Counted from the stretch's first letter, positions 50,761-61,479 are shown. The stretch is DNA of 64,000 nucleotides from an uncultured bacterium (GCA_963746775.1 CAVVCK010000002.1:75571-139570), one strand, 5' to 3'. The notes: generated by a model from the sequence alone, not told the origin. Program-made: numbers and translations.

Positions 50761-52050
50761 ATGAGTTTAATGCTAATAATTATATTACTCATCGTTTTCA
50801 CAATAATCTCCTTCAAAAAAACCTCCTTAGGTTTATATTTAATTTCTTTTCTATTGCCAACTTATTTAATCCGTTTTAATATTGGTCCTATTCCTTTCAC
50901 TTTCCTGGAAGGAATGATTTTAATTTTATTTCTTATTTGGATTATAAAAGAAATAAGAAATAAAAATTTATTAAAAATAATTAAAGAGCTTCCTCAAAAT
51001 AAGTTCTTTATTCCTATTATTTTATTATTAATCGCCTCTACTATTTCTATCTTTGTCGCCCCAGGCCAGAGGGCAGCTCTGGGAATCTGGAAAGCTTATT
51101 TTATAGAACCACTATTTCTATTTTTAGTAATTATCCATACCATTAAAACCAGAAAACAAATTAAGCTTATTTTTTATTCACTGGGCTTCTCTGCTTCTAT
51201 AATTGCTCTTATTGCCATTATTCAGTACCTATTAGGCTACAATATACCAGAAGCCTATAATTTACCCAATATCAAAAGAGCAACTTCAATTTACCAATTT
51301 CCCAGTGCACTTGGTTTATTTTCAGCGCCTATTTTGACTTTATATATTGGAATGGTTATTGAAAAACTTAGAATTAAGGATTATAAATTAAGGATTATGA
51401 ATAGAAAAATACTATTTTATTTAACAGTAATCATTTTCTTAGCGATTGCTATAATCCTTGCCAAAACAGAGGGCGCAGTTATTGCCGTGTCAGCAGCTAC
51501 ATTTTTTATGCTTATGTTTACTAAATACCGTAAACACGTAGTTATTGGCAGTTTAATTATTATCCTCTTGTTATTTTTAATACCTCAAACACAAAATTAT
51601 CTTATTACTCTTCTAACTTTTAGAGATGTTTCTGGAGATGTTCGAATCGCTCTCTGGCAAGGAACCTTGAGGCTTATAAAAAATCATCCCATCTTCGGAG
51701 CAGGGTTAGCTGGATTTCCAACACTGTACGAGAAATATAAAGAAGCAAAACACGTAGAGCTCCTGCAATACCCTCATAATATATTTTTAAATTTTTGGGT
51801 GGAAACTGGGTTGCTAGGATTAATTTCTTTAATTTGGTTAGTTATAAATTATTTTAGAGAAGGATTTAAAAAAATAGACTACAAACTGCAAACTACAAAC
51901 TACTCCCTAATCTTAATTGCTATTATGATTTCTGTCCTCGTTTATGGCCTAGTTGATGCCCCTTATTTTAAAAACGATCTCACTTGTTTATTTTGGATTT
52001 GGATTGGATTGTTAGTGGTTATAAAAAATAAGACATCCGACGTCTCTTAA
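50761..52050 (+). CDS. O-antigen ligase-family protein
   Basis: R..LW, GAGLAGF, YPHNIFLNFWVETG. Confidence 0.85.
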   Translation: MSLMLIIILLIVFTIISFKKTSLGLYLISFLLPTYLIRFNIGPIPFTFLEGMILILFLIWIIKEIRNKNLLKIIKELPQNKFFIPIILLLIASTISIFVAPGQRAALGIWKAYFIEPLFLFLVIIHTIKTRKQIKLIFYSLGFSASIIALIAIIQYLLGYNIPEAYNLPNIKRATSIYQFPSALGLFSAPILTLYIGMVIEKLRIKDYKLRIMNRKILFYLTVIIFLAIAIILAKTEGAVIAVSAATFFMLMFTKYRKHVVIGSLIIILLLFLIPQTQNYLITLLTFRDVSGDVRIALWQGTLRLIKNHPIFGAGLAGFPTLYEKYKEAKHVELLQYPHNIFLNFWVETGLLGLISLIWLVINYFREGFKKIDYKLQTTNYSLILIAIMISVLVYGLVDAPYFKNDLTCLFWIWIGLLVVIKNKTSDVS

Positions 52051-52069
52051 AAACGTCGGATGTCTTATT
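52027..52069. repeat. Perfect 17-bp inverted repeat between convergent genes (REP-like or bidirectional terminator)
   Basis: AATAAGACATCCGACGT-9nt-ACGTCGGATGTCTTATT. Confidence 0.75.
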
Positions 52070-52090
52070 CTAATCTACGTCTATCCGCAT

Positions 52091-53176
52091 CTACATAACC
52101 AACATAGCATCTCCAAAACTATAAAACCTATATTTTTTATTTATGGCCTCCCTATAGGCTTTTTTCAATATTTCTATTCCGTCTTTTTTATCCTCAGATA
52201 TAAAAGCAGATACTAACATTAAAAGTGTTGTTTTTGGCAGGTGAAAATTAGTTATAATTCCATCTATAATCCTAAATTTATAGCCTGGATATATAAAAGT
52301 ATTTATTTCCCCTATAAAAGGCTTAATTTTACAATCACTTTTTAAATATTTTGGCAAAACTGTTTCTAAAGTTCGGATAGAAGTTGTTCCACAAGCAATT
52401 ATTCTTTTACCCTCTTGCTTTGCTTTTATAATATTTTGAATTGTTTGCACGCTAACTTCAGCATATTCAGCATGCATTTTATGATCTTCAATATTTTCAG
52501 TCTTTACTGCTTTGAAAGTTCCCAATCCGACATGTAAAGTTATATATTCAAATTTAATCCCCTTTTTCTTTAGTTTATTAATTAATCTCTTTGTAAAATG
52601 TAAACCGGCAGTAGGGCAGGCGATAGAGCCTTCTTTTTTGGAATCCGCATAAATCGTTTGATAATATTTTTTAATATTATTCTTTATTTTTATATTTTTA
52701 TATTCTTGTTTTTTTATATATGGGGGCAGGGGAGTCTCCCCTATTTTCTCTAAAATTTTTCTGAATCCCCTCTTATCAATATTAAATTTAATTTCAAAAA
52801 TTCCTTCTCCTAAATTTTTTATAATTTTTCCTTTTAAATTTTTATCAAATTTTACATCTAACCCAATTTGGGGATTTTTAATTTTTAAAATACATTCCCA
52901 CCTATTCCCTTCCCCACTTCTTGGCTTAGATAGTAACAATTCTACCTTCCCCCCTGTCTTTTTATAGCCCATTAGCCTCGCTGGAATTACTTTGGAATTA
53001 TTTAAAACTACCATATCCCCCTCTTTTAAATATTTTTCAATTTCATAAAACTTTTTATGTTCTATCTTTTTACTTATTTTATTTAAAATTAAAAGCCTCG
53101 AATGATCTCGAGGTGATACTGGGTATTGGGCTATTAAATTCTTAGGTAAATTATAATTGAATTGAGATAATCTCAT
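52091..53176 (-). CDS. queA: S-adenosylmethionine:tRNA ribosyltransferase-isomerase
   Basis: LIAQYP, PLPPYI, PTAGLHFT, LHVGLGTF, TNFHLP, FYSFGDAM; likely start MRLSQF at 53176. Confidence 0.95.
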   Translation of the reverse strand: MRLSQFNYNLPKNLIAQYPVSPRDHSRLLILNKISKKIEHKKFYEIEKYLKEGDMVVLNNSKVIPARLMGYKKTGGKVELLLSKPRSGEGNRWECILKIKNPQIGLDVKFDKNLKGKIIKNLGEGIFEIKFNIDKRGFRKILEKIGETPLPPYIKKQEYKNIKIKNNIKKYYQTIYADSKKEGSIACPTAGLHFTKRLINKLKKKGIKFEYITLHVGLGTFKAVKTENIEDHKMHAEYAEVSVQTIQNIIKAKQEGKRIIACGTTSIRTLETVLPKYLKSDCKIKPFIGEINTFIYPGYKFRIIDGIITNFHLPKTTLLMLVSAFISEDKKDGIEILKKAYREAINKKYRFYSFGDAMLVM

Positions 53177-53180
53177 AATA

Positions 53181-53735
53181 CTAGCTATCTTTATTTCTTT
53201 TTTCATCCTCCATCTCCCCTTGCAAATCAATAATCAATCTTCTTACCATTTGCGATCTAGGTATTTGTTCAAAAGTAAATCGCTGGACTGATCCAGCAGT
53301 CTGTACGTATATACTGCCATAATGAAACATAGAAGCAAAAAAACCTTTTTCTTCAAAAGTTACATCCTGAATTTTATCCAAACGCAATTCTGAAGTTATA
53401 TGATTAAATAAACTTTTTTGCTCAATATTAATTAATCTTTTATTAGTTATAATCCAGACATCATAGTAATACTCTATCCAATTAATCATAGTAAAAAGAG
53501 TCACAAATAAATAATACACACTCATAACTAGAATAACTATAGGAAAAAATATATATTCTGTGATATTTAAGTCAAAGTAATGAAGCGTCCCACTAATAAT
53601 GACCGGAAAAATAAAAAAAAATAAAAAAATAATAGTTTGTCTAATTAAAACAATAAAACTCCTCCTAACTGTCATATATACTTTTTCATCATCTTCCTTA
53701 CTTGGAAAATCAAATTTTATAGGTTGATTAATCAC
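53181..53735 (-). CDS. Bacterial PH-domain membrane protein
   Basis: Two TMs, ITNKRLI, IQDV, YGSIYVQTAG. Confidence 0.75.
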   Translation of the reverse strand: MINQPIKFDFPSKEDDEKVYMTVRRSFIVLIRQTIIFLFFFIFPVIISGTLHYFDLNITEYIFFPIVILVMSVYYLFVTLFTMINWIEYYYDVWIITNKRLINIEQKSLFNHITSELRLDKIQDVTFEEKGFFASMFHYGSIYVQTAGSVQRFTFEQIPRSQMVRRLIIDLQGEMEDEKRNKDS

Positions 53736-53740
53736 TTATT

Positions 53741-53962
53741 TTATATACTAAATAAAGTCTGACCCCAATCTATTTGGAATATAAATATTTGGGTAGCTAT
53801 GATAATAGCTACTATCAAAAATAAATAAGATATAAGCATACTACCCACTACTCCTGGTCCTAAATATTTTAATTTATAAATATAATGCAGCGCAAAAATA
53901 TTAAATATAACAAATATAACTAAAATAATATAGTAACCAATTAAAAATGGATATAGTGTCAT
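53741..53962 (-). CDS. Small two-TM hypothetical protein
   Basis: Tightly packed in the ruvB operon. Confidence 0.65.
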   Translation of the reverse strand: MTLYPFLIGYYIILVIFVIFNIFALHYIYKLKYLGPGVVGSMLISYLFLIVAIIIATQIFIFQIDWGQTLFSI

Positions 53963-53965
53963 AAT

Positions 53966-54991
53966 TTATATCAAAGCTTTTTGATTATTTTCATTATATT
54001 CAGAAATAAATCCCATATGCTTATACGCTGCTTCAGTGGCTACTCTTCCTCTGGAAGTTCGAGCAATAAATCCTAATTGTAATAAATACGGCTCATAAAC
54101 TTCCTCCAGTGTATCTTGCTCTTCGGAAGTAATAGATGATAATACTTGCAAACCACAAGGTCCTCCTTTAAATTTTTTTATAATTGTTTCTAGAATTTTT
54201 CTATCTGTATTATCTAAACCTAAGCCGTCTATTTCCATCATTTTTAATGAATCACTAGCCATAGTATAGTCAATTATACCATTTCCCTTAACTTCAGCAT
54301 AATCTCTGACTCTCTTTAATAATCTATTAGCAATTCTAGGGGTCTTTCTCGCTCTCTTGGCTATTTCCTCAGCTCCTTCTTCTTCTAATTTTATATTTAA
54401 AATTCCGGCTGATCTTTCTATAATTTTTTTAATATCATTGTGCACATAATAGTTCAAGCGATAGATGCCACCAAATCTATCTCTTAGAGGAGATGATAAC
54501 AGACCCATTCTAGTTGTAGCACCAATTACTGTAAATTTTGGTAAATCTAATTTTAGTGAACGAGCCGATGGACCCTTACCAATTATAATATCCAAAGAAT
54601 AATCCTCCATAGCCGGATATAATATTTCTTCGACAATTTTAGGAACCCGGTGGCATTCATCAATAAATAAAATATCATTATCTTCAAGATTAGTTAAAAT
54701 AGCAGCCAAGTCTCCAGCTTTTTCAATAGCTGGTCCTGAAGTACATTTTATATTAGCATTCATTTCACGAGCCATTATATACGACAAAGATGTTTTACCT
54801 GTACCTGCTGGACCACAAAAAAGAATATGCTCTAATACTTCTTTTCTTTTTTGGGCTGCCTGGATTGATATTCTTAAATTTTCTTTTATCTTTTCTTGTC
54901 CTATAAATTCATCCAAATCCCTAGGCCTTAGCGTCAAATCAAAAGTTTTATCTTCTTTATTTTGATTAGGAGTAACTACTCTTTTTTCCAT
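53966..54991 (-). CDS. ruvB: Holliday junction branch-migration helicase RuvB
   Basis: LRP...[33 protein letters not shown]. Confidence 0.97.
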   Translation of the reverse strand: MEKRVVTPNQNKEDKTFDLTLRPRDLDEFIGQEKIKENLRISIQAAQKRKEVLEHILFCGPAGTGKTSLSYIMAREMNANIKCTSGPAIEKAGDLAAILTNLEDNDILFIDECHRVPKIVEEILYPAMEDYSLDIIIGKGPSARSLKLDLPKFTVIGATTRMGLLSSPLRDRFGGIYRLNYYVHNDIKKIIERSAGILNIKLEEEGAEEIAKRARKTPRIANRLLKRVRDYAEVKGNGIIDYTMASDSLKMMEIDGLGLDNTDRKILETIIKKFKGGPCGLQVLSSITSEEQDTLEEVYEPYLLQLGFIARTSRGRVATEAAYKHMGFISEYNENNQKALI

Positions 54992-55049
54992 AATATTGGC
55001 TTATTTTAGCTGAATTTTCTATTTATTTAATTATAACATCAAAAAAGTA

Positions 55050-55078
55050 TTGACACAAATCATAATATTTGCTAAATT
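55050..55078 (+). promoter_or_regulatory. sigma70 promoter with extended -10, upstream of the candidate ncRNA
   Basis: TTGACA-17-TAAATT with TGn. Confidence 0.65.
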
Positions 55079-55084
55079 ACATAG

Positions 55085-55211
55085 TCACGTCCTATTCAGA
55101 TAACTGTAGGCAGCTGAGGTAAATCATTTCCAGGGTTTGAGAAGGTGGTTAACTTTCTTAGCATCTGGGGGATTTTTTCCTCGTCTACAGGATTCTGGAT
55201 AGGATTTTTTT
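55085..55211 (+). ncRNA. Candidate rod-shaped small RNA, family unassigned
   Basis: ~115-nt interrupted hairpin with many G:U pairs, own promoter, ends in a T-tract, no ORF. Confidence 0.55.
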
Positions 55212-55347
55212 ATTTATTTAATAAATTTATAATTATATCCATAATTGCTAATTTTAGTAGAAATTAGTTGTATGGAAAATAGAAAATTGTATAAATCTAA
55301 TTTCCAATTTCTATTACCATTATCCAATCTCTATATAACTAATTTCC

Positions 55348-57030
55348 CTAATGGTATTTATCAGGTGAATCATAAAAACTTTTAAATTCATCTCTTCTTT
55401 CAGTTCCATCAGTCATTTTAACAACCTGGGTGAATCTTGCTTTAAATGATCCATCTCCCTTTCTATCCCAATAATAAGGTCCTTCAATACTAACTTCTCT
55501 ACCATCTTCTGTCCCATAGAATTCAAATGTCAGCTTATATCCCTCTATTCTTACCTGCAATAAAACAGCATGGTCGGTGTTATTTACAAATTGTAAATCT
55601 GGATGAGGAATATATATAGTAGCATCCATTCCTTGAGGATTATAATATGAAACTGCATAAGAATGACTCTGCCGTTCTGTAATATAAAAACCAGCATTAA
55701 TAGCAGCTCTAAATAAAGTAGTGGCAATTTGGCAGAGACCTCCTCCATATTCTGGTATAGTTTTATTTTCTTTAATAACCAATTCTGGCAAATAACCAGC
55801 TTCAGCATTAACTTCCCCTATATTTTCCACCAAAGAATATGTTTCTTGCGGACCAATAAATGTACCATTCAATTTTTCTACAGCGGTCTCAATATTATGA
55901 ATTCTATTTTGAGGAGAACCTGCAAAATTAGATTCACCGGATCCCACTAATTCTTTAATACCAAGTTTATCAATATTTTCCTGATTTATTTCTGCACCTA
56001 CTTCTTTAGTTTGTAAAATTAAAGTTCTATCATTGCTTTTAACTTTCTTCCTTAATTCATTATAATTAGCCTCAACTAATAAATCACGCCCTACACTTGA
56101 TGGTTTAGAAACCTCTATTTTATTGTCTGCTACCTGAAAACGTGGATTTTCTGGCTTTTTTTCTATATCCCCCTTCAATGACTCTAAAAATGTTCCAACC
56201 TTTTTTCTATCGATATCCACCACAATTTTCTTCTTATATCCTCCCTCTACAATCTCATCCTCTAGATTAAAACATATCCAACCTTTTAATAAATCTTCAT
56301 TTATTTCCCAAGTCTTATCTTCAAATTTTAAAATAAATTTTGATGATATAATATTCTTAATATCATCCTTAGCTTTCTCTAAATTACTCTGATCAACCTG
56401 TGAATATAACGATATAAAATTAAGACTTATAGGCTCACTCGACATCTTTTCTATATTATTTTCAACTCGGATTATTAGAGCTTCTTTGTCTAAACTCCTC
56501 CCTTGTTTTCCAAACACAATTTCGAAATTATTGCCTTTTTTTTCAAAATTAATATCACTTGAAGTAACACCCAAAGGTTCTAATTCTGATCGTACAAAAT
56601 TATCAAAATTTTCCTGCCGTATTGATGTCTCAATTTTATAATTTCTACCAATAAACAAATTCTTTATTCCTTCTTCTAATCCTTGTAGCATAAAAAGATC
56701 TCGCCCATAATTATAAGCTTTATCTATCGTGCTATCTAAATATATTTCAACACCTATATTTTCTGGTTTTATTTTCTTTTTGAATTCTCCATCTACAAAA
56801 GTTATTTCCTGATTAAAACTATTTAGTTTTTTATAAAAATCATTTCTTACCTCATTATATGTTTTGTCTGTAACCGAAATTCCTGAAATTTTGGTTCGGG
56901 GATAAAATTTGCTTTTATAATGAGTATTTAGGATAATTAAACCTATTCCGAATAATATAAAAACAAAACCTAAAGTTAAAAAAGAATAAGTTGATATATT
57001 TTTTAACCATTTTATTATTTTGTTCTTCAT
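55348..57030 (-). CDS. VanW-family protein with N-terminal TM and YoaR/PG-binding-4-like repeats
   Basis: RIHNI, GGGLCQIATTLFRA, ERQSHSY, GMDAT, DLQFVN. Confidence 0.88.
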   Translation of the reverse strand: MKNKIIKWLKNISTYSFLTLGFVFILFGIGLIILNTHYKSKFYPRTKISGISVTDKTYNEVRNDFYKKLNSFNQEITFVDGEFKKKIKPENIGVEIYLDSTIDKAYNYGRDLFMLQGLEEGIKNLFIGRNYKIETSIRQENFDNFVRSELEPLGVTSSDINFEKKGNNFEIVFGKQGRSLDKEALIIRVENNIEKMSSEPISLNFISLYSQVDQSNLEKAKDDIKNIISSKFILKFEDKTWEINEDLLKGWICFNLEDEIVEGGYKKKIVVDIDRKKVGTFLESLKGDIEKKPENPRFQVADNKIEVSKPSSVGRDLLVEANYNELRKKVKSNDRTLILQTKEVGAEINQENIDKLGIKELVGSGESNFAGSPQNRIHNIETAVEKLNGTFIGPQETYSLVENIGEVNAEAGYLPELVIKENKTIPEYGGGLCQIATTLFRAAINAGFYITERQSHSYAVSYYNPQGMDATIYIPHPDLQFVNNTDHAVLLQVRIEGYKLTFEFYGTEDGREVSIEGPYYWDRKGDGSFKARFTQVVKMTDGTERRDEFKSFYDSPDKYH

Positions 57031-57046
57031 ATTTTATTTTTAAAAA

Positions 57047-57268
57047 CTATTCTTCTCCATTCAGTATTTCTTCTAATACTGTTACAGCTAATTCTTTTTT
57101 GTTTTCTGCATCAATTAAACTTTTTTGTATTTTTAAATATATATATGATCCTTCTTGCAATTCGAAATCAATATATTCTGAAGGCAAAATAATTTCTTTA
57201 TGTTCTTCATTTTCAAGAATAATGGAATCTTCCTTTTTTCGCTTAAAATATAGTTTTATGGCTTTCAT
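57047..57268 (-). CDS. Small hypothetical protein (DUF3006-like)
   Basis: LP....LQEG, LEEILN; upstream of the VanW gene. Confidence 0.55.
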   Translation of the reverse strand: MKAIKLYFKRKKEDSIILENEEHKEIILPSEYIDFELQEGSYIYLKIQKSLIDAENKKELAVTVLEEILNGEE

Positions 57269-57317
57269 GATATATTATAATAATGTGTATCACAATATTA
57301 AATAAATGATCTACAGT

Positions 57318-57387
57318 ATCCGCTAAATCCGCCTTATCCACAACATAAAAAATAGCGGATAAAGCGGATTATTGCGAATAGGCGGAA
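57318..57387. repeat. ATCCGC/GCGGAT tandem-inverted repeat
   Basis: ATCCGCTAAATCCGC ... GCGGATAAAGCGGAT. Confidence 0.65.
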
Positions 57388-57456
57388 GTGTTATTGATAA
57401 ATTTAGTAATTTATATAATTTAATATAAAACTATATCAATTATATACAAAAAGTAA

Positions 57457-57559
57457 ACCACGTATGAAATTTTAAGTATATATAAATATTATTTAATTAA
57501 AAAATAGACTTGTTAATTAGAAAAACTTAAGCTACAAGCGTTAAAATTTCATACGTGGT
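57457..57559. repeat. Element with perfect 19-bp inverted repeats, same family as 8266-8548
   Basis: ACCACGTATGAAATTTTAA / TTAAAATTTCATACGTGGT. Confidence 0.8.
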
Positions 57560-57586
57560 AAAGAGAGGCTCCAAACCTCTCTTTAG

Positions 57587-60280
57587 TTAAGATGTAATTG
57601 GAATTTTTCTTTTTATTGTTTTCTTAACAGTTTTAAATTTTATAACATTATCTTTATCCGCTGTAGCTTTTATTTTATCACCATTTTTGAAATTTCCTGA
57701 TAATAACATTTCTGATAGAGGATTTTCTATTTTTCTTTGTATAACACGTCTTAGAGGTCTTGCCCCAAAGGTTGGATCATAGCCTTCATTTGCTAAAATA
57801 TTTTTAACTTTACTATCTATTTCTATTTCAATATTTTGACCTCTCAGTAATTTTTTAACTTCATACAACATTATTTCAACTATTTTTTTGATTTGTTTTT
57901 TATTTAAAGAATGGAAAACTATTATCTCATCAATACGATTCAAAAATTCTGGTTTAAAATATTTTTTTAATTCTTGCATTAACTGATTTTTCACACCTTG
58001 ATAACCACTTTTTTCTTCTAATGTCTTTTTCTTTTCCTTGTCTTTACCGAAACCAATATTATTTTCAGCTGCATCTGAAATTAGTTGTGATCCAATATTA
58101 CTTGTAGCAATTAAAACGATATTTCTAAAATCAACCGTTTTGCCTCTAGAGTCTGTAAGCCTACCATCCTCTAAAATTTGTAATAAAGAATTAAAAACAT
58201 CCGGATGTGCCTTTTCAATTTCATCTAATAAAACAACACTGTAGGGTTTTCTCCTGACAGCTTCAGTAAGCTGCCCTCCCTCTTCATGTCCAACGTAACC
58301 TGGAGGTGATCCTATTAATTTAGAAACCGTATGCCTTTCCATATATTCTGACATATCTAATCTTATTATGGCCTCTTCGTCACTAAATAATAAATAGGCA
58401 AGAGACTTAGCTAATTCGGTTTTCCCTACTCCGGTTGGACCTAAAAATATAAATGAACCAATTGGTCTCTTTGGATCAGATAAACCTGCCCTGCCTCGCC
58501 TAATACAAGCAGATACAGCTGATACTGCTTCTTCTTGACCTATTATTTTTTCATGCAGTTTTTTCTCTAATTTTAACAATTTTTCTCCCTCTTCTTCAGA
58601 TATTCTGGACACAGGAATCTTAGTCCATGAGGATACTATTTCTTCAATATCACCAGCACCAACTTCTGGCTCAGATATACCCTTGGCTTTTTCCCAGGCG
58701 CTTTTTACTTTATCCTTTTCTTTCTGTTTTTCTTTTAAATTTTTACCAATAGATAAGGCTCGTCTTCTGTTTTTTATACTTTCGGCTGCTTCTTTTTCTT
58801 TTTTTAATTTTAAAATCTCTGATTCTAATTCTTTCAATTTCTCTGGGGCAGTAATTGTGGTAAGTCTTATTTTAGCTGCCGCTTCATCTATTAAATCTAT
58901 GGCCTTGTCAGGTAAAAATCTATCTGTAATATATCTATCCGCTAACGTTACCGCTGCAATTACGGCTTCATTAGTAATTTTTACTTTATGATGAGCTTCA
59001 TATTTATCACGAATTCCTCTTAATATTTCAATAGCAGTGTTAACAGTTGGCTCGGCTACAATCACCGGCTGAAATCTACGTTCTAGAGCTGCATCTTTTT
59101 CTATATGCTTTCTATATTCATCTAGAGTCGTAGCACCTATAGTTTGCAATTCCCCACGAGCTAGAGCAGGTTTTAACATATTAGAGGCATCTATCGAGCC
59201 TTCTGAAGCACCTGCTCCTACTACCATGTGCAGCTCATCTATAAATAATATAATATCTTTTTTAGCATCTTTTATTTCTTGTAAAACATTTTTCATTCTC
59301 TTTTCAAATTCTCCGCGAAATTTTGTTCCGGCTAACATTTGAGAAATATCCAGTGATACTACCCTTTTCTTTTTTAAAGTTTCCGGCACACTTCCCAAAA
59401 CTATTTGTTGAGCCAGCCCTTCGGCAATAGCTGTCTTGCCTACTCCAGGTTCTCCTATTAATACCGGATTATTTTTAGTTCGACGCGATAATACTTGGAT
59501 TACCCTAGTTACTTCATCTACTCGTCCAATAATGGGATCAATTTTACCTTCCCTAGCTTGCACAGTTAAGTCTATAGAATATTTATCTAGCGTTGGTGTA
59601 TTGCTCTTAATTATTTTTTCTTTCGATTGAACTAATTTTCTTTTTAATAAATCACTTACTTTTTTTGAATTAACACCATATTTAGATAATACCTGAGCGG
59701 CCATGCCCTCTCCTTCGGCTACTAAACCCAAAATAATATGTTCAGAACCCACATAATTATGTCCCATATCACGAGCTGCATAAAATGCTAATTCTAAAAC
59801 CTTTTTAGCTCTTGATGAAAATTCTGGTTCCTTGTCCTCATCTCCTGTTCCTTCTATAATATTTTTTTCTAAGTATTTTTGGAGATCGCCTATTTTAATA
59901 CCTAAATTTGATAATAATTTTGAAGCGACTTCTTCCTCCAGCAAACCTAAAAGCAAATGTTCTGTATCCACATATTTAGAATTAAATTCTCTGGCTTTTT
60001 CAATGCTCTCTTCTATAACTTCTTTGGCTCTATCTGAAAAATAATCTAGAATATTTATTCTTTTGGGTTGAGGATTAGAACCCTCTAAATTAGATCTAGA
60101 TAAAGGAGTTTTATTACTAAAAAATGAATTAAATAATGAATCGCCCAATAAACTATTGCTATTTAAAAATTCTCGGTCTGAAGCACAAACATGGCATAGA
60201 TTTAATGATTTTATCTGGCCATTAATTTCTTCTTTGACCGTTATTGAAGCTATTCTTTTGCGACATATTTGACAAAGCAT
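57587..60280 (-). CDS. clpC: Clp/Hsp100 ATPase with N-terminal Zn finger, Clp-N domain, two AAA+ modules and IGF loop
   Basis: CQIC..CHVC; GEPGVGKT; GPTGVGKTE; NIGFG. Confidence 0.85.
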   Translation of the reverse strand: MLCQICRKRIASITVKEEINGQIKSLNLCHVCASDREFLNSNSLLGDSLFNSFFSNKTPLSRSNLEGSNPQPKRINILDYFSDRAKEVIEESIEKAREFNSKYVDTEHLLLGLLEEEVASKLLSNLGIKIGDLQKYLEKNIIEGTGDEDKEPEFSSRAKKVLELAFYAARDMGHNYVGSEHIILGLVAEGEGMAAQVLSKYGVNSKKVSDLLKRKLVQSKEKIIKSNTPTLDKYSIDLTVQAREGKIDPIIGRVDEVTRVIQVLSRRTKNNPVLIGEPGVGKTAIAEGLAQQIVLGSVPETLKKKRVVSLDISQMLAGTKFRGEFEKRMKNVLQEIKDAKKDIILFIDELHMVVGAGASEGSIDASNMLKPALARGELQTIGATTLDEYRKHIEKDAALERRFQPVIVAEPTVNTAIEILRGIRDKYEAHHKVKITNEAVIAAVTLADRYITDRFLPDKAIDLIDEAAAKIRLTTITAPEKLKELESEILKLKKEKEAAESIKNRRRALSIGKNLKEKQKEKDKVKSAWEKAKGISEPEVGAGDIEEIVSSWTKIPVSRISEEEGEKLLKLEKKLHEKIIGQEEAVSAVSACIRRGRAGLSDPKRPIGSFIFLGPTGVGKTELAKSLAYLLFSDEEAIIRLDMSEYMERHTVSKLIGSPPGYVGHEEGGQLTEAVRRKPYSVVLLDEIEKAHPDVFNSLLQILEDGRLTDSRGKTVDFRNIVLIATSNIGSQLISDAAENNIGFGKDKEKKKTLEEKSGYQGVKNQLMQELKKYFKPEFLNRIDEIIVFHSLNKKQIKKIVEIMLYEVKKLLRGQNIEIEIDSKVKNILANEGYDPTFGARPLRRVIQRKIENPLSEMLLSGNFKNGDKIKATADKDNVIKFKTVKKTIKRKIPITS

Positions 60281-60302
60281 ATATTTAAAATTTATTTATT
60301 AA

Positions 60303-60329
60303 TTAGCACTCTTACTATTTGACTGCTAA
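60303..60329. promoter_or_regulatory. CIRCE element (HrcA operator) upstream of the Clp ATPase
   Basis: TTAGCACTC-N9-GACTGCTAA, one mismatch to consensus. Confidence 0.88.
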
Positions 60330-60344
60330 TTATATTTTAACTTT

Positions 60345-61250
60345 TTAAATTTTCGTGTCAAGAAAAATTGGTGGTTTTAATTCTGATAAATTTTTTTCTG
60401 GGTTTCTTGAATCCAAAGCCCAAAGAATTGAATATATAAAATATAAACTTCTTATAATCCTATACTTCTCTTCACTAAATTTTATATTTTTATTTAATCC
60501 TTCAATAAATCTCATTGTAAAATCATATTCAAAAAACTCATCTTTTTCTTCTTCCATATAAGCCTTGGCACACTCCTGATAATAAATTATTCTGGCCAGA
60601 TCATAAAAATAGTCGCCATACTGAGCACATTCCCAGTCTAAAATTCCAGTTAATCTTCTTCCGTCGGTTAAGAGGTTATGTATTATTAAATCACCGTGCA
60701 CCAAGGTAGGAGTAATATTAGAAAATATTTTTTTCGCTTTGTTATTATCTAAGTTATGAGAAATTTTTAGATATAAACTATAAGCTTTTTTATTCTTAAA
60801 TATCTTTTCTTTATTTAGATCAAATTTATAAAATAGAAGTTCACTATAACTATTAAACTTTTTAGTACACTGGGCTGACCAAAAATAATTATATTTTTTC
60901 TTGTTAAATTCTAAGATTATATTAACTAAATCTTGGATTATTTTATTTTTATCTTTTGTATCAAGAGTTCGCCAAATTTCATCAATAGACTGGCCTACTA
61001 ATTTCTTCTCTATTAAAACACCGTGATTTTGGATTACTAAAAAATCAATAACTTTCGGAACAACATCAAAATCTAAAGACTTTAATATTGCATATTCATT
61101 TTTTAAAAATTCAATCTTTTTATTTATTTTTATTACAAAATTATCAGATAAATAAACTTGAGATTTTGTTCCCTTTTCTGCTTTTTTAAAAGTTTCTGTT
61201 ATACTTAGTCTGTTTTTGGCTTTTTTAATGATTGGATAGGGATTATTCAC
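60345..61250 (-). CDS. Aminoglycoside phosphotransferase/choline-kinase-family protein
   Basis: LVHGDL..HNLL, ILDWE, YDLA. Confidence 0.85.
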   Translation of the reverse strand: MNNPYPIIKKAKNRLSITETFKKAEKGTKSQVYLSDNFVIKINKKIEFLKNEYAILKSLDFDVVPKVIDFLVIQNHGVLIEKKLVGQSIDEIWRTLDTKDKNKIIQDLVNIILEFNKKKYNYFWSAQCTKKFNSYSELLFYKFDLNKEKIFKNKKAYSLYLKISHNLDNNKAKKIFSNITPTLVHGDLIIHNLLTDGRRLTGILDWECAQYGDYFYDLARIIYYQECAKAYMEEEKDEFFEYDFTMRFIEGLNKNIKFSEEKYRIIRSLYFIYSILWALDSRNPEKNLSELKPPIFLDTKI

Positions 61251-61304
61251 AAGTTTTATTATGTATTACTAGAAAATAAAATGGAAGAGTTTAGCTTATT
61301 AAAG

Positions 61305-61460
61305 TCAGCAACCTATAGGTCGCCTAAAGAGATCCAGAAACTGTAATCCTTCATCATTGACAACTCGAGGATTACCATACAGAGCGTGATAAACCATTGC
61401 TATTCCCAATTCAGACTCAGGTATTATGCGCACGTATGGAGATAACATGTACTCTAACAT
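61305..61460 (-). pseudogene. 51-aa ORF with promoter and RBS, probably a truncated N-terminus of a larger gene
   Basis: MLEYMLSPYVRIIPESELGIAMVYHALYGNPRVVNDEGLQFLDLFRRPIGC; AAAGGA RBS. Confidence 0.55.
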
Positions 61461-61479
61461 TGTTGATTCCTTTCTCTGT

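Noticed and set aside
60345-61250. Aminoglycoside resistance gene (and vancomycin resistance for the VanW protein)
   Set aside because: Only family-level motifs; both families are widespread without demonstrated resistance
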